DNA from: Octopus vulgaris
Lineage: Eukaryota
Assembly: GCA_951406725.2 (NCBI GenBank)
Contig: OX597817.1
Location: 164,052,001-164,116,000 of the forward strand
DNA: 64,000 nucleotides
Direction: 5' to 3'
Part shown: positions 14,833 to 29,938 of the stretch, piece after piece
Position numbering within the stretch: position 1 is the stretch's first letter
Layout of the letters: each line of letters begins with the position of its first letter
Translations under genes and position numbers: made by a program
The notes under the pieces: model-generated
What the model was told of the DNA's origin: nothing
Seen by the model: only the letters and a program-made list of their open reading frames with translations
Databases searched by the model: none

Positions 14833-15935
14833 GCCCTGATGCAGTACCATCTTAACTGATTGGAAGTGTTATCATGTACATTGTTTTGTCTTAGTATAAA
14901 AGATGGGCTACAGCAAATATTCTGCTCAATACCACAGATTTGCTTGTCAGTTGTTTGACCTTAACCAGTTGAGCATGTCCCTTAGTGGTTGACGATATGT
15001 GCATCTCTGATCACGAGCAGAAGTAGTGGGGGAGCATCATAGCCATGTGTTGAGAGGGATTCTTTGGGGTTTGAATAGTTCACCTCTGGAAACATGGGTG
15101 TTTCATTCAACATCCTTAAACAACCCTTATTCAGGGACCGTTTGAGCGGGTGGGCTACTCAACCTGAAGAAAATTCTAACTGGGCCCCACCTGCAAGGTC
15201 ATGTGCTGTTTATCTTGATATGAGATCACCATGTCGCGCACATATGGTTGTGATGCATGTGCCTGGTGTACCTTTATCAGACGGGTAGTCATGATGGGTA
15301 TATTGGGCTTCGTATATTTTACCCCAGTGTCACTTTGATGGCATGAACTGCTCTCTCACTCAATAATAATAATAATAATAATGATAATAATAATAATGAT
15401 AATAATAGCCCTGATGCAGTACCATCTTAACTGATTGGAAGTGTTATCATGTACATTGTTTTGTCTTAGTATAAAATATGGGCTACAGCAAATATTCTGC
15501 TCAATACCACAGATTTGCTTGTCAGTTGCTTGACCTTAACCAGTTGACCATGTCCCTTAGTGGCTGACGATATGTGCATCTCTGATCATGAACAGAAGTA
15601 GTGGGGGAGCATCACAGCCATGTATTGAGAGGGATTCTTTGGGGTTTGAATAATTCACCTCTGGAAACATGGGTGTTTCATTCAACATCCTTAAACAACC
15701 CTTATTCAGGGACCTTGTGAGCGGGATGGGCTACTCGACCAGAAAAATATCTAACTGGGCCCCACCTGCAAAGTCATGTGCTGTTTATCTTGATATGAGA
15801 TCACCATGTCGCGCACATATGGTTGTGATGCATGTGCCTGGTGTGCCCTTGTCGGACGGGTGGTCACGATAGGTATGCTGGGTTTGTATATTTTACCCCA
15901 GTGTCACTTTGATGGCATGCACTGCTCTCTCACTC
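14833..15935 (+). mobile_element. Two tandem copies (14833-15361, 15408-15935) of a ~530-bp (AAT)n-embedded non-coding repeat; partial copies at 4762-5145, 17406-17965, 18660-18848
   Basis: Shared sequence GCCCTGATGCAGTAC...CACTGCTCTCTCACTC, followed by (AAT)n wherever the 3' end is present. Confidence 0.85.
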
Positions 15936-15991
<56 letters not shown>

Positions 15992-16737
15992 CAACTACGA
16001 TGTTTATTTGCCACAGGGACATCGGATGAGCGGGGCATTAAAAGGATTTTCAAGTGGCTGGAAGAATTTTAAACAGATCCCTTCAACCGAATTTCACTCA
16101 CAAACAAGATTAATTTGGGCCGATCTGAGACTAGAGTAGTTGAGTGCGATTAAACACGAAACCACGTAGCTACGAAACAAAACTCTTAAACCTCACAGCC
16201 AAGCCTGCGCCATTTTGATAACAATTTGGTAACATCGTTATAACTTTTTTAACTGAGAAATATATATCGTGTGTGCTACTCATCCTTTACGAGTATTTCT
16301 TTAATTTATGAGATATGTCAGTAAAATTGTAATGTGAATTACAATTAATATAGCAGTATTTCAGGAGTGTCTGCTCTCATAACTGTCACAATTCAGGGAT
16401 AAAAATCTTTTATCTACATTTGTATGACAGGAGGAGAAACTCTTTGGATTCCGTTTGTTGTTGGCGGTGTTGTTATTGCTGTTGTTGTTGTTGCTGCTGT
16501 TGTTATTGCTGTTGTTGTTGTTATCGCTTGCAAATAATCTAGTCATTATTTTATTGTTCCCAGTGTTTTGATCTGATGCGGAGTGGCTCGTTAATTATCA
16601 TCATTATCAGTATAATATCATCGTCATCGTCATCATCATCATCATCAACAACAACAACAACAACAACAACAACAGCAGCAGCAGCAGCAGTAGTAATAGT
16701 AGTAGTAGTAGTAGTAGTAGAAGTAGTAGTAGTAGTA

Positions 16738-16784
<47 letters not shown>

Positions 16785-16853
16785 TTTATAACAAAAGCAA
16801 AGGATGATAATCATTATTTCTCGTGTGTGTGTATATTTACATATATATATACA

Positions 16854-16885
<32 letters not shown>

Positions 16886-16922
16886 AACACATGTATGTGA
16901 TGTAATACAGAGTAATATCATT

Positions 16923-17070
<148 letters not shown>

Positions 17071-17351
17071 CAACTTTTATAAGTTTATATTACATAAACA
17101 AACATACAAACTTGCAAGTGATGTGACATACGTAAAGCCTACAATATTAATGATCCTTTGTACTATAGGTACAAGGTCTGCAATTTTGGGTTGGGGGACT
17201 AGTTGATTAAATTGACCCCAATGTTTCACTGGTACTTGATTTATCGACCCCAAAAGGAGAAAAGGCAAAGTCGACCTCGGTGGAATTTAAACTTATAATG
17301 GCAGACGAAATGCCACTAAGCAATTTGCCCGCCAATAAGGCAATAATAATA

Positions 17352-17406
<55 letters not shown>

Positions 17407-18019
17407 CCCTGATGCAATACTATACAGTGACTCTCATGGCTTCTGATCTTAACTCATTGGAAGTGTTAATATGTACATGTTTTTCTTGATGTAAAAGGTG
17501 GGCTATAGCAAGTATTCTGCTCAATACCAGAGATTTGCTTGTCTGTTGCTTGACCATAACCAGTTGGGCATGTCCCATACTAGCTGACGATATGTGGCAG
17601 AAACGTTAGCACGCCGAGCGAAATGCTTAGCGGTATTTCGTCTGCCGTTACGTTCTGAGTTCAAATCCTGCCGAGGTCGACTTTGCCTTTCATCCTTTCG
17701 GGGTCGATTAAATAAGCACCAGTTACGCACTGGGGTCGATATAATCGACTTTATCCGTTTGTCTGTCCTTGTTTGTCCTCTCTGTGTTTAGCCCCTTGTG
17801 GGTAGTAAAGAAACAGATATGTGTATCTCTGATCATGAGCAAGGGTAGTGGAGAAGCATCATAGCCATGTGTTTGGAGGGATTTTTGTGGTTTCGAATAA
17901 TTCATCCTTGTATATATGAGTATTTCGTTCATCGTCCTTAAACAACCCTTATTCAGAGACGTTTTGAGCAGGACGTAAGAGACCTCAACACACTGAAATC
18001 TGCCGTTGCAATAACACCG

Positions 18020-18545
18020 AATGAATGCAAGAAAACTGAAAAAGAATTTGAAAAGGAATGGAAGGACAAACTTATTCACGGGCAGCACGTTGGAAATAAA
18101 GTAGGCATTGATTGGGGAAGAGCTGGTCGTGGCTTAGAAATTGCTATCTGCAAGTGTGCAATGAGGCTCTAATATGCAGCGCCAGGGAGCAGGCTCTCTG
18201 AATTAAATTCATTAAAAATCATGTTGACAAAACGAAAGGATCACTATTATGTAGAACGTGTGCAACAAAAGGAGAAATGGTCAGCCATCTTGTAAGTGAA
18301 TATGCTAAGCTGGCACAGCGAGTGTACAAAAACGACATGATAATGTTGCCAGATATATCCATAGGATGATATCTGAGAAATGTGTGTTTATTAGAGCAGC
18401 TAAATGGTATGAGTAGAAACCTGAAGAGAATGACAAATTTAATTTTTTGTGAGTTCGCCTGTCAATGTCATAGAAATATTGAAGCAAGAAGACCAGATAT
18501 TGTAGTTGTCAATTAGAAAGAAACTGATAGCAAAAAATTATAGAT
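18020..18545 (+). mobile_element. Old R4/Dong-clade fragment
   Basis: WKDKLIHGQH, AREQAL, CRTC...SHLVSE, YKKRHDNVA, RRPDIVV with stops and frameshifts. Confidence 0.75.
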
Positions 18546-18848
18546 ATCATTGCTTGCCAACTAGTATTGTTATATCACTGCAACCAGCAATCCTTCAGAA
18601 AGATATAGATAAAATAAGAAACAGAGTTAAAATAGTATTGGGGCTGTGCAAATGAGGGGAAAATTTTAACTGGGCCCATCTGAAAGGTCATGCGTTGTTT
18701 ATCTTGATATATAGGTCACCATTTCGCGCACGTATGGTTGTGATGCATGTGCCTGGTGTACATTTATCAGACGGGTAGTAATGATGGGTATATTGGGCAT
18801 CGTCTATTTGTACCCCAGTGTCACTTCGATGGTGCTTGCTGCTCTCTC

Positions 18849-19800
<952 letters not shown>

Positions 19801-19803
19801 ATG

Positions 19804-19858
<55 letters not shown>

Positions 19859-19889
19859 TAATTGTTGTAGAGCTACCTCATACGTGACT

Positions 19890-20080
19890 TTCTTAGGGCT
19901 CTCTTGAATGCTTTGACAAAGCGTTCTACCTGCCAGTTAGATCTGGGATGGTATGGCGTCGTAGTTACACGTTCTACAGCAAAGGTTATACAGAACTTTT
20001 TTTTAATTCTAAAGACACAAATTGCGGTCCATTGTCAGACACTATTACGTTTGGGATGCCAAATCTCACAAACAGCTCAT
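19890..20080 (-). mobile_element. Gypsy LTR-retrotransposon integrase fragment
   Basis: ELFVRFGIPNVIVSDNGPQF...PYHPRSNWQVERFVKAFKRALRK. Confidence 0.8.
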
Positions 20081-20290
20081 ATATATGTGTGGGGGGGGTG
20101 TTTGTGTGTGTGTGTGTGTTGGGTATATGTTGATAATGCGTGTAATTGGTGTGTGAGGTAATATGTGTGGGCATGTAGGCATAGAAAGGCTATTACGCTG
20201 ATTTTCTATTCCGTTATTGAGGATAGGTTCGAGGTCACCTTATCTACATGCTCACGCGCGACCATACACACACACACAGATGCACATATT

Positions 20291-20329
<39 letters not shown>

Positions 20330-21198
20330 AACGAGAGACAAGAATACACACATACAGAAACTACGCAGAACGCCTGCACACACGCAAACAGGAATGGAAG
20401 TGTGCACAAAAATATGCTTTCGTACACTATTTATTTAGCGAACAAGACGTTTCTGACATGGAATATTCCCATGTCAACTTCATTGACATCAGACAATGAG
20501 AACAAATTTCGAAGGTGATGACAGCTGCAGGATGATTTTCCCGTGTCCGCCCCATTTGATTGTGTAATAATACATCCACCTCAATGTCACCAGCATTTGA
20601 TTGTGTAATACTGTCTGACGGAGGATCCCGTTGTATCTGTTGTCTTTGACTTTTGACCTTCTACGTGTTTCAATCGCCAGATTACGACCCTACTGGGGCA
20701 CCGCTTTGACGGGTTTTAGTCGAAGCCAGCAGTTATTTTTAAAATCCACTACTTCTTCTATCGGTCTCGTTTGCCGAACTGCTAAGTTACGGGGACGTAA
20801 ACAAACCAACAGCGATTGTCAAGCAGTGGCGGAAGGGAGGATAAAGACATGCACAAAAAAAACACACACATAGGTATGTCTTTATCTACCCCTTTTACGT
20901 GCTGCGATATTGTCGTTGTTGCTGTACATAGGTTAACCTTCATTCAACAGGCCAATTATCAAAGTTATTCTATGTGTGATTAACCTTCCTCTTTTTTTTC
21001 TAATTTTAAACATGGAGCATTGAAAAGTATATGCCTAATTAGACCTTTCTTTTCTCGTGGTTGAGAAGTTCGCGTTGCAATTATGTGGTTTCGAGTTCAA
21101 TACTACCGCGCAGCACTTTAAGCAAGAGACGACTCTAGCCCCGCACTGACAATGCCTTATGAATAAATTTAGTAGAAGGAAATTCTGTGGAAGCCTGT

Positions 21199-21298
<100 letters not shown>

Positions 21299-21758
21299 CT
21301 TTACAGAAGTTCCTACCGTTAATCGGCTATATTTACATACCGAATTCTACCAGTAAATGATTGTGGTCTTTTTTTAAAAACCATTATAGAAATTATTTAC
21401 TCTTATTATTATTATTATATATATATAAGGCTTTCTTTGCTACAGATGTATCATCATATTAATTGTTGTCTTCGTGTGGCCCTAAGCCTTTATTCTGTTT
21501 ATTATCTTGTCCTTCGTCCGTCTATTAACGGTTTCGTCTCGAGCCCGTTTCGTTTTGTTATATTTTCGTGTCCTTCCCGGGCAAGTTTTTTTGCCGGTGC
21601 CCCCAGAGTGGAAGCAATATATTATCGATAATGGCCAAAATTGTGCTCGACCCTCTGGCCGATAACTGAAGAGGAGTTGGCGATCTTCTATGTTTTCCGT
21701 TCGTCTGTGTATTTAGTATACGTTCGTATGTTTATTTACTATACGTTTTTAAATTTTA

Positions 21759-21796
<38 letters not shown>

Positions 21797-21861
21797 CGCG
21801 TGTGTATCGTTGGCGATTTTTTTCCTCCGTCTTCCCTTCCTTAGATCTTTCCTTTTCCTGT

Positions 21862-21896
21862 GTTTCTGACGAAGAGCTCCGCTCGAAACGTTAAAT
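21862..21896 (+). ncRNA. Minimal type I hammerhead motif
   Basis: GTTT-CTGACGA-A-GAGC(TCC)GCTC-GAAA-CG-TT-AAAT. Palindromic AACGTT in place of stem III; lies about 70 bp after a (TA)n tract. Confidence 0.7.
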
Positions 21897-22131
21897 CCTC
21901 CTTCTTTCTTTCCTTTCTTTTCTTTCTTCAGCCATCCATTCCTGTGTCACTAGAGCCATGTGTGATAGTGCAAAGTCTTTCTGAAACACATATGGCCTTC
22001 CATTGCATACACTGTCTATCCAGGGCTTAACAATTATTTCCAAGACCTCAATGTAGGCGGCAGAGTTAACACTAAGACATTGTGGAAAGAAGTAAGGAAA
22101 GCATCACATGTCCTTCATTGCTGACAACCCC

Positions 22132-22164
<33 letters not shown>

Positions 22165-22171
<7 letters not shown>

Positions 22172-22519
22172 TCAAAGGACATACTAAGCATGTCTACCTG
22201 CTGGAAATAACAGTCAAAACTCTTATTTAAATCGCCGAAAAAACACTGATAAAAGCTACAGAAATCAACCGTCTGCGAGCAAACGGGTCAAGATAATCTT
22301 TAAATATACATTCAAGTATTAGTCCAAATACTTGAATGCATGTTAAAAGAGTGTATTGACCCATTTGTTCGCAGACGGTTGATTTCTGTAGTTATTGTCG
22401 GTGTGTTTTGTTTTTTTTTTTGTCTTTTCGTTTTTTTTTTTATTTTTCGGCGATTTAAATAAGAGTTTAGACTGTTATTTCCATCAGGCAGACATGCTTA
22501 GTATTTGCTTTGATTAATA
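22165..22519. repeat. ~350-bp imperfect palindrome (fold-back) adjoining (TA)n
   Basis: Arms 22165-22320 and 22326-22519 are reverse complementary around ...CAAGTATTT-AGTCC-AAATACTTG... Confidence 0.85.
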
Positions 22520-24348
22520 TGAATATTAACCCTTCAGCTATTTAATGCTTTTTTGGGCCTGCTATCGTCCGTATTATTGATTTTATTATCATTTTTACTT
22601 CTTACACTAGATAATAACAGAGTCAATAATATCTTCGGAATAATTTTTCTCCTGAATTATTTTCCTCATATATATATATATAAATTCATGTGCGTATGTC
22701 TGACTGTCTGTCCCACACCGTCGCTTGAAAACCGATGTTGGTGTGCTTACGTCCTTGTAATCTAGCAGTTCGGCAAAAGAGACCGATAGAATAAGTACTA
22801 GGCTTACAAAGAATAAGTCCTGGGGTCGATTTCTTCGAATAAAAAGAAAACCCTTTGTGGTGGTGCTCCAGCATGGCCGCAGTCATGGCCTGAAACAAGT
22901 AAAAGAATGAAAGGATAAAAGTGTAAAGGTGTACAGAGCATACACATTTTTTTCTACATACACATTATAAAGTTCTTAGCTTCCAGTCGTTGGTAGACAT
23001 GTAGAGCGCTATTTCATCTCTTTTTGGAATTATCAGTACGACATAACTTGAGGCAAACAAATTAAGCTAAATTCAACATTTTACGAAATTAGACATTTCT
23101 TATAGAGCAAAAATAGTTTGTAGCTTAAAAGACGATCTTGATTTTATTTTTTATATTTTTTCCTGATTGATCGTTAAATTCTCTGCAAAAGAGAAGAGAG
23201 AGGGTAGGGGAAAATTTATTATATGTCAGTTAAGTTAGATAATTATATTTTATCTTATAACTGAAGTTTGGCTCCCCGTCTATATTTATGTGTACGAGAC
23301 CGACTAAAGTATGTACTTAGCTTATGTTGATAAACTAAACACATACTTTAGTCAGTTGTGAATGTGTGTCTCTATTTTCTAATAATCAGTTCTGAAAGCA
23401 ATGCTTAAATACAACATGTCCATAAATATTTGGGTTCCCTTTCTACCAAGTTAAGCTCATATTTTTAGAATGTTTGAAGAGATAACTTCTATGACATCGG
23501 TGGAGAATTATAAACGTTCCGGATTGTCTTTCTACTGAATTCTTTTCTAAAATAATATCGGTAAGCATTTCAGCCGCATGGCTGTGAATTGGTAGAAAGG
23601 ACCTGGCAAAAATTCTTTGTCGGTATTTAGTTACAGCCTTTATTTTTATGTTCCGAGTTCAAATCCTGTCGAGATCAACGTTACCGGAATCAATAAAATA
23701 AAGTATCATTTAAGCACTGGAGTCGATATAATCAACTATACCTAGTGGCAGAGCTAGAGTGTGTGCCGCCGAGGTATCCCTTAAGTTTTCCACTCCCTGG
23801 GCTCCCAAGACTATAGAAGATGATACAATAAATGTGCTACCCCTATTAAAGTGTTGTCCCACTGCAGATGCACAACTGTGTATACCTATTTCTGTATTAC
23901 CCGCAAGGGGCTAAACATAGAGGGGACAAACAAGGACAGACATAGGTATTAAGTCGATTACATCGACCCCAGTGCATAACTGGTACTTAATTTATCGACC
24001 CCGGAAGGATGAAAGGCAAAGTCGACCTCGGCAGAATTTGAACTCAGAACGTAACGGCAGACGAAATACCGCTAAGCATTTCGCCCGGCGTGCTAACGTT
24101 TCTGCCAGCTCGCCGCCTTAAAATTTTGTGTATACCATCTCCTGAAATGTATGGTGTTGTACCAGTGTTAGAGATCAATATTTTTACAAGCATCGTACGT
24201 CAATTTCGGTAACCTTTCGAGTTTTCTACAAAATAAGATCCTCGATCAATCCCTTCTCAAGGGTCCCTCGGTGATTTGGAGCATTTTCTAACTTTTGAAC
24301 CAAGAATTTACGTTGTATATATATCTTTTTCATTTTCTTTATTTAGGC

Positions 24349-25234
24349 CAGAGGTCGCCAAACTTTTTCGACCATCGACCCCCTTTAGCCACTTCTCCTT
24401 CGGCATTGACCACCCTCCTTGTTTAAAATATCTTAATACCCTACTCTACCGTACCATATATTAAATGCGTACCGGGTACTGATGCTCGCAATTAAAATGT
24501 TAACTAAAATATATAAGTACGACAAATTAAGAAATTCTATTGAAGATGACACACTTTTTCCATATAAAACTTCGTCTACGAGTTTACAGTATTAAACTTC
24601 CAATTTTTATGAAATTGTTTTCACGGTTAGAAAATGTGAAAAATGATCATATTGCTGGAATATCTTATACTCCTTTACTCCTTACTCCTTTACTTGTTTC
24701 AGTCATCTGACTGCGGCCATGCTGGAGCACCGCCTTTGGTCGAGCAAATCGACCCCGGGACTTATTCTTTGTAAGCCCAGTACTTATTCTATCGGTCTCT
24801 TTTGCCGAACCGCTAAGTGACGGGGACGTAAACACACCAGCACCGGTTGTCAAGCAATGCTGGAGGGACAAACACAGACACACAAACATACATATACATA
24901 TACATACATATATACGACAGGCTTCTTTCAGTTTCCGTCTACCAAATCCACTCACAAGGCTTTGGTCGGCCCGAGGCTATAGCAGAAGACACTTGCCCAA
25001 GTTGCCACGCAGTGGGACTGAACCCGGAACCATGTGGTTGGTTAGCACGCTACTTACCACACAGCCACTCCTATTGAAATTAACTACATCAATGTGAGGG
25101 ATGAACATGGCACTGACTAAGTATTTCAAGCAGTTCATCTGCATGGGCTGGTCTTTCGTACGCCGAACCCCATTCGACCCCTTGGCTATCACCGACCCCT
25201 AGGGGATCCCTCGGACCCCCTTTGGCGACCCATG
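24349..25234. mobile_element. hAT-superfamily non-autonomous element with a nested SINE
   Basis: TIRs CAGAGGTCGCCAAA / TTTGGCGACCCATG with an exact 8-bp TSD ATTTAGGC (24341-24348, 25235-25242). Confidence 0.85.
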
Positions 25235-25820
25235 ATTTAGGCAATATTTTCCATGATTAACACAATGTTCGACAGTTTTCAAGGCGACATTTGTAGTTAT
25301 AACGGAGTTATTCGTATGCTTGCGGCGAGGTGCAAAGAAGTAAAGGTTTTGATGAGTCGAGACGAAAATCCAGTTCCAGTTCTCTTTTAAGAACTACTTT
25401 ACTTGATTCATTTTCACCAACACTCCTATAAACGATGTGATCACCGTGACCGACCAGGCCATCAGATGTTGTTACACATCGCTGGTCACAATGCGCTTCG
25501 CATTGTTTTAGCCTTCAAATGACGCCACCCCGCTGGCTAAGCGAGCAGACCAAGAGAAGAAAGAGTGAGAGAAAGTTGTGGCGAAAGAGTACAGCAAGGA
25601 TCGCCACCATCCCCTGTCGGAGCCTCGTGAAGCTTTAGGTGTTTTCGCTCAATAAACACTCACAACGCCAGGTCTGGGAATCGAAACCGCGATCCTACGA
25701 CCGCGAATCCGCTGCCCTAACCACTAGGCCAGTGCGCCTCCACATAAACGATGTAAGCATTACAATTTCTCCTTCTCCCTTTCAATTGCTGGTTTCTTGT
25801 CGTTGTGTGTAATAACGTGG

Positions 25821-26055
25821 AAGGCGGCGAGCTGGCAGAAACGTTAGCACGCCAGGCGAAATACTTAGCGGCTTTTCGTCCGCCGCTACGTTCTGAGTTC
25901 AAATTCCGCCGAGGTCGACTTTGCCGTTCATCTTTTCGGGGTCGATGAATTAAGTACCAGTTACGCACTGGGGTCGATGTAATCGACTTAATCCCTTTTT
26001 CTGTCCTTGTTTGTCCCCTCTATGTTTAGCTTCTTGTGGGCAATAAAGAAATAAG
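25821..26055 (+). mobile_element. SINE family C (Meta-like central domain). Other copies: 5450-5820, 17165-17320(-), 17615-17815, 23885-24118(-), 37067-37303, 39585-39790, 42073-42270, 60715-60860, 63870-64000
   Basis: GGCGGCGAGCTGGCAGAA...GAGTTCAAATTC head and GCCTTTCATCCTTTCGGGGTCGATAAATTAAGTACC core resembling the MetaSINE/Sauria domain. Confidence 0.85.
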
Positions 26056-27440
26056 TGTGTAATAACGTGGAGTGTTCTCCACCGTTAATATCTCTTAAAG
26101 TTAATACTAGCTTCATTATTGCTTAAACTGTAATGAAAATTATACTAACTTAAGATATATTTACTGCGCTCTTGCACACCAAGGTACAGAAAGCTGATTC
26201 TACAGTGAATTGTTATTAATAGGGGTCTATGTTCGCATAGTTTTACAGTTTCCTTCCAATTATAACTAACTTATTTTACCAAGTGAACATGTCATATTCC
26301 ATAACGTAAACGAATGTCATACGTAATCGTATTTCCATAGAAATAAAATTAAGAATATATTCCTACGATATCATGATACATCATACAGTAAGTTAAAACT
26401 TTAATACTGTGAATAATGATAGATGATGATGATATATTAAGTATGGGGTTGGCAATATTACTTTTTGTGGAGGCCCAGTGGTGAGGGCAGCGGACTCGCG
26501 GTCGGAGGATCGCGGTTTCGATTCCCAGACCGGGCGTTGTGTGTGTTTGTTGAGCGAAATCACCTTAAAACTCCACGAGTCTCTGGCAGGAGATGGTGGC
26601 GACCCCTGTTGTACTCTTTCGCCACAGCTTTCTCTCACTCTTTCTTCCTGTTTCTTGAGTAACGCTGCGATGGCCTGGCATCCCGTCCAGCTGAGGAACA
26701 CATACGCCATAGAAACCGGGAAAACGGGCCCATGAGCCTGGCTAGGCTTGAAAAGGGCGCATAAAAAATGAAAATATTACTTTTAAAATGATATTTACGA
26801 ATAAACCAGGTCTTGGTGTAAAGTAATTTTTTTAATCAATGTTACAAATCAATATCAATTTTTATCGCTATTTTTTGCCTTTTATCTGTTTCTGTTATTG
26901 CACTGCAGCCATGCTGGGGCAGCGATTTGAAGGGTTTTAGTCAAATAATTCGGTACCAGGACCTGTTGTTTAAAGTCTAGTACTAATTCTATCGATTACT
27001 TAAGCCGAGCCACTAAGTTACGGGACGTAAATAAATCAATGCAGGTTGCCAAGTAGTGAGAGAGGGAAAATACAGTCTCTCACACACGCACGCATGCACA
27101 CACACTCGCGCGCACACATTTACATACATACACACATATGTGTGTAGGGGTGTATACAGTTTCTGTCTACGAAATTCACCTACAAGTCAAGACATTTGCC
27201 CGAGGTGTCTCGCAGTAGGATTGAACCCTTACACCATTTGGTTGCAAAGCGGGTTTCTTAACCATATAGCCATGGCTCTGTACCACGTTAGTGCTTCACA
27301 GCTCTTTAGAAACCATTGGACTCTGAGATAAATTATTTTTATGTCAGGACATTTGTAAACTCCGATATTGTCTGACCAGTTCTTTTTGACTTCTGGTTTA
27401 AAACGTATTCTATATTTTAATGTTTCTGATATATATATAC

Positions 27441-27499
<59 letters not shown>

Positions 27500-27602
27500 A
27501 GAGTAAGTACATAAGTGTGAAAGAAGGTGGAAAAAATAGTCCTCGAATACCGGAGGTAGAGTAATATGCTTTATTAACAAATCTGCAAAGGCATCACAAA
27601 AA

Positions 27603-27640
27603 CTGTTACTCAGAGTTTCACGTTCCCGTTCGTCGGGCAG
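27603..27640 (-). ncRNA. Minimal hammerhead motif in the left arm of a fold-back (27569-27726)
   Basis: Minus strand CTGC-CCGACGA-ACG(GGAA)CGT-GAAA-CTC(T)GAG-TA-ACAG. A degenerate plus-strand mirror lies at 27655-27692. Confidence 0.65.
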
Positions 27641-27788
27641 TTTTGGTTGAGAATCTGTCCGCTGAACAGGAACGTGAAACTCTGAGTAACAGTCTTCGTG
27701 ATGCCTTCGCAGCTTTATTGATAAAGTGTGTGCATGTGTGTGTGTGTACGTGTGTGTGTGTGTGTGTGTACGTTTGATTGTATTTATT

Positions 27789-27843
<55 letters not shown>

Positions 27844-28704
27844 TTTACTATTGAGTATGTGTATATGTGTATGTTATATGTTTCTTTTGCTAAAATAGCC
27901 ATAAAAAAAGAAAGTGTGAGAGAATATACTTAGAGAAATATATGGAAATTTTTTCCTGATTCCGTTTCTGTTCAACTCATAAAATCGTGTCCTGTTGGAT
28001 TATTTTGAATATAAACTACTTGAAAACATCAAACGTCACTCTTCATCTCAAATGTGTACTTAATGTCATTCCTGTAGACAAACTATTCTTGGCAATGCTA
28101 CAAGAGAAAAAAAATAACTTATACAAAATATACAATTACACATTTTTAATCTATCATATTTAGTATAGAAAGAATCAATAATTAATAGTAAGCTAGGGTT
28201 TTGAAACCTAGAAAGTCATATTATTATTGTAAATATACTGAAAGGATGCATGATTATAGATGGGATAAGGGAATTATGTGGTGAGTGGAAAAATATATAT
28301 TTTTTTACTTATAGAATTTTGTTCCAGCTTTCAAATGTGCTGTCATTTTAGAAATATCGAGAACATCAAATGCGCTGGAAAAAATGTCTCAATTTGATTT
28401 AATGACAAGCTGTATGTTCGAGACCTTAAAATACTAAGTTTAACATAGTTTCGCAAATATTCATTTTATTATTTAAGTTAAAAGTAAAGTTCGAGCTGTC
28501 GGGGGCTGCTACTGTCATAAACCTTAGTTTACCATCATCAATTACAACAGATGAAGTAGGGTCCTGTGTGTTGTCGCTCAACCTGCTAAAAATAACTGCC
28601 AAATCTCCTTCAAATCACGTCTTGCTGTTTTCAATAAATACGCTGCCAACAAAGCACGCGGACTTCTGTTTTTGATTCGATGGTCATTCGGAATGCTCAC
28701 AGCA

Positions 28705-28960
28705 GCCATATTCCTACCGCTCTATGTCACGCTGGTGAGACCCATATTGGAGTATGGGATTCAAGCCTCTTCTCCTTATCTCCTCAAAGACATACATCAT
28801 CTCGAAAGAGTCTAGAAGCTGGCTATCCGCTCGGTTCAAAGTCTCTCTTGACCAGAAATGGCCTGAACTCTTTGTATGACCACCCTCCCTGTACATAACT
28901 CTTTGCCCCCCTACCTGGCCTTGCTTTTGCTTTTTGAGTCAATAAAAATTAAATTAAATT
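28705..28960 (+). mobile_element. CR1-clade LINE fragment
   Basis: FLPLYVTLVRPILEYGIQASSPYLLKDIHHLERV; A-rich tail. Confidence 0.7.
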
Positions 28961-29340
28961 TTAAAAAATAAAGGAAGGATACACTGGAAAATGTACTGTT
29001 GGATATACAAAACCACAGAATGGTCACTGCTAGAACGTCTATGATTATAGGTCTGTTCATCCAAGGCGGACCTAGAATTTACCAACAACTAGTTATGATA
29101 ATACTCTAAACACATTATTAAGCTTGATCAATTGTGTAATATAGCAGGACAGGTCTCAGCACATTCAGACCTCTTTTCTTATCAGGGTTTCGTTGCTGAT
29201 GTTGATTTTTAACTCATATTGCATTTGTATTTCAAACTTACTACTCATATCAATATATTTTTTTTACTTGAATCTCTCATTTTCTACTTCCGTCGCTTGA
29301 TTTCTTTTTATTCTGTTCTTCTTCTCCTTCTCTCTCTCTC

Positions 29341-29392
<52 letters not shown>

Positions 29393-29880
29393 ATATATAT
29401 ATATATATATAATTTACAAATGAGGGTGAAAAATTTAATATTAATTTGATAATACCATCAATTTAACACCAAGTGGCTTAGTACATAAAACCCAGGGATA
29501 CAATATAAATTTATACATAAATATATAAATTTATACATAAATACAATATAAATTTATACATAAATTATAGATGCTATGTAAGTAAAATTACATATTACAT
29601 TAATAATGAAACAATTGTCCAGGGTTAATCTATTTTTTCGTTATTTTTCACTTGCCCAACGTTAAATGTTGTGTTATTTCTCCTTGGAAACAATTTTTAG
29701 TGGCTATACCATAGTGGATCTATTTTTAGCACTAGAGTCGACCACATAGTGGTTACTCTCTCATATTTATGTGTATATATATATATATAAGAAATAGCTA
29801 TAATCTCTTTGACTGCTATTTCTAAATTCGGTGTGCGGTAAGGCAATTCGTTGCTAAACCCTTAATTGCTTAGTATTACT

Positions 29881-29938
<58 letters not shown>

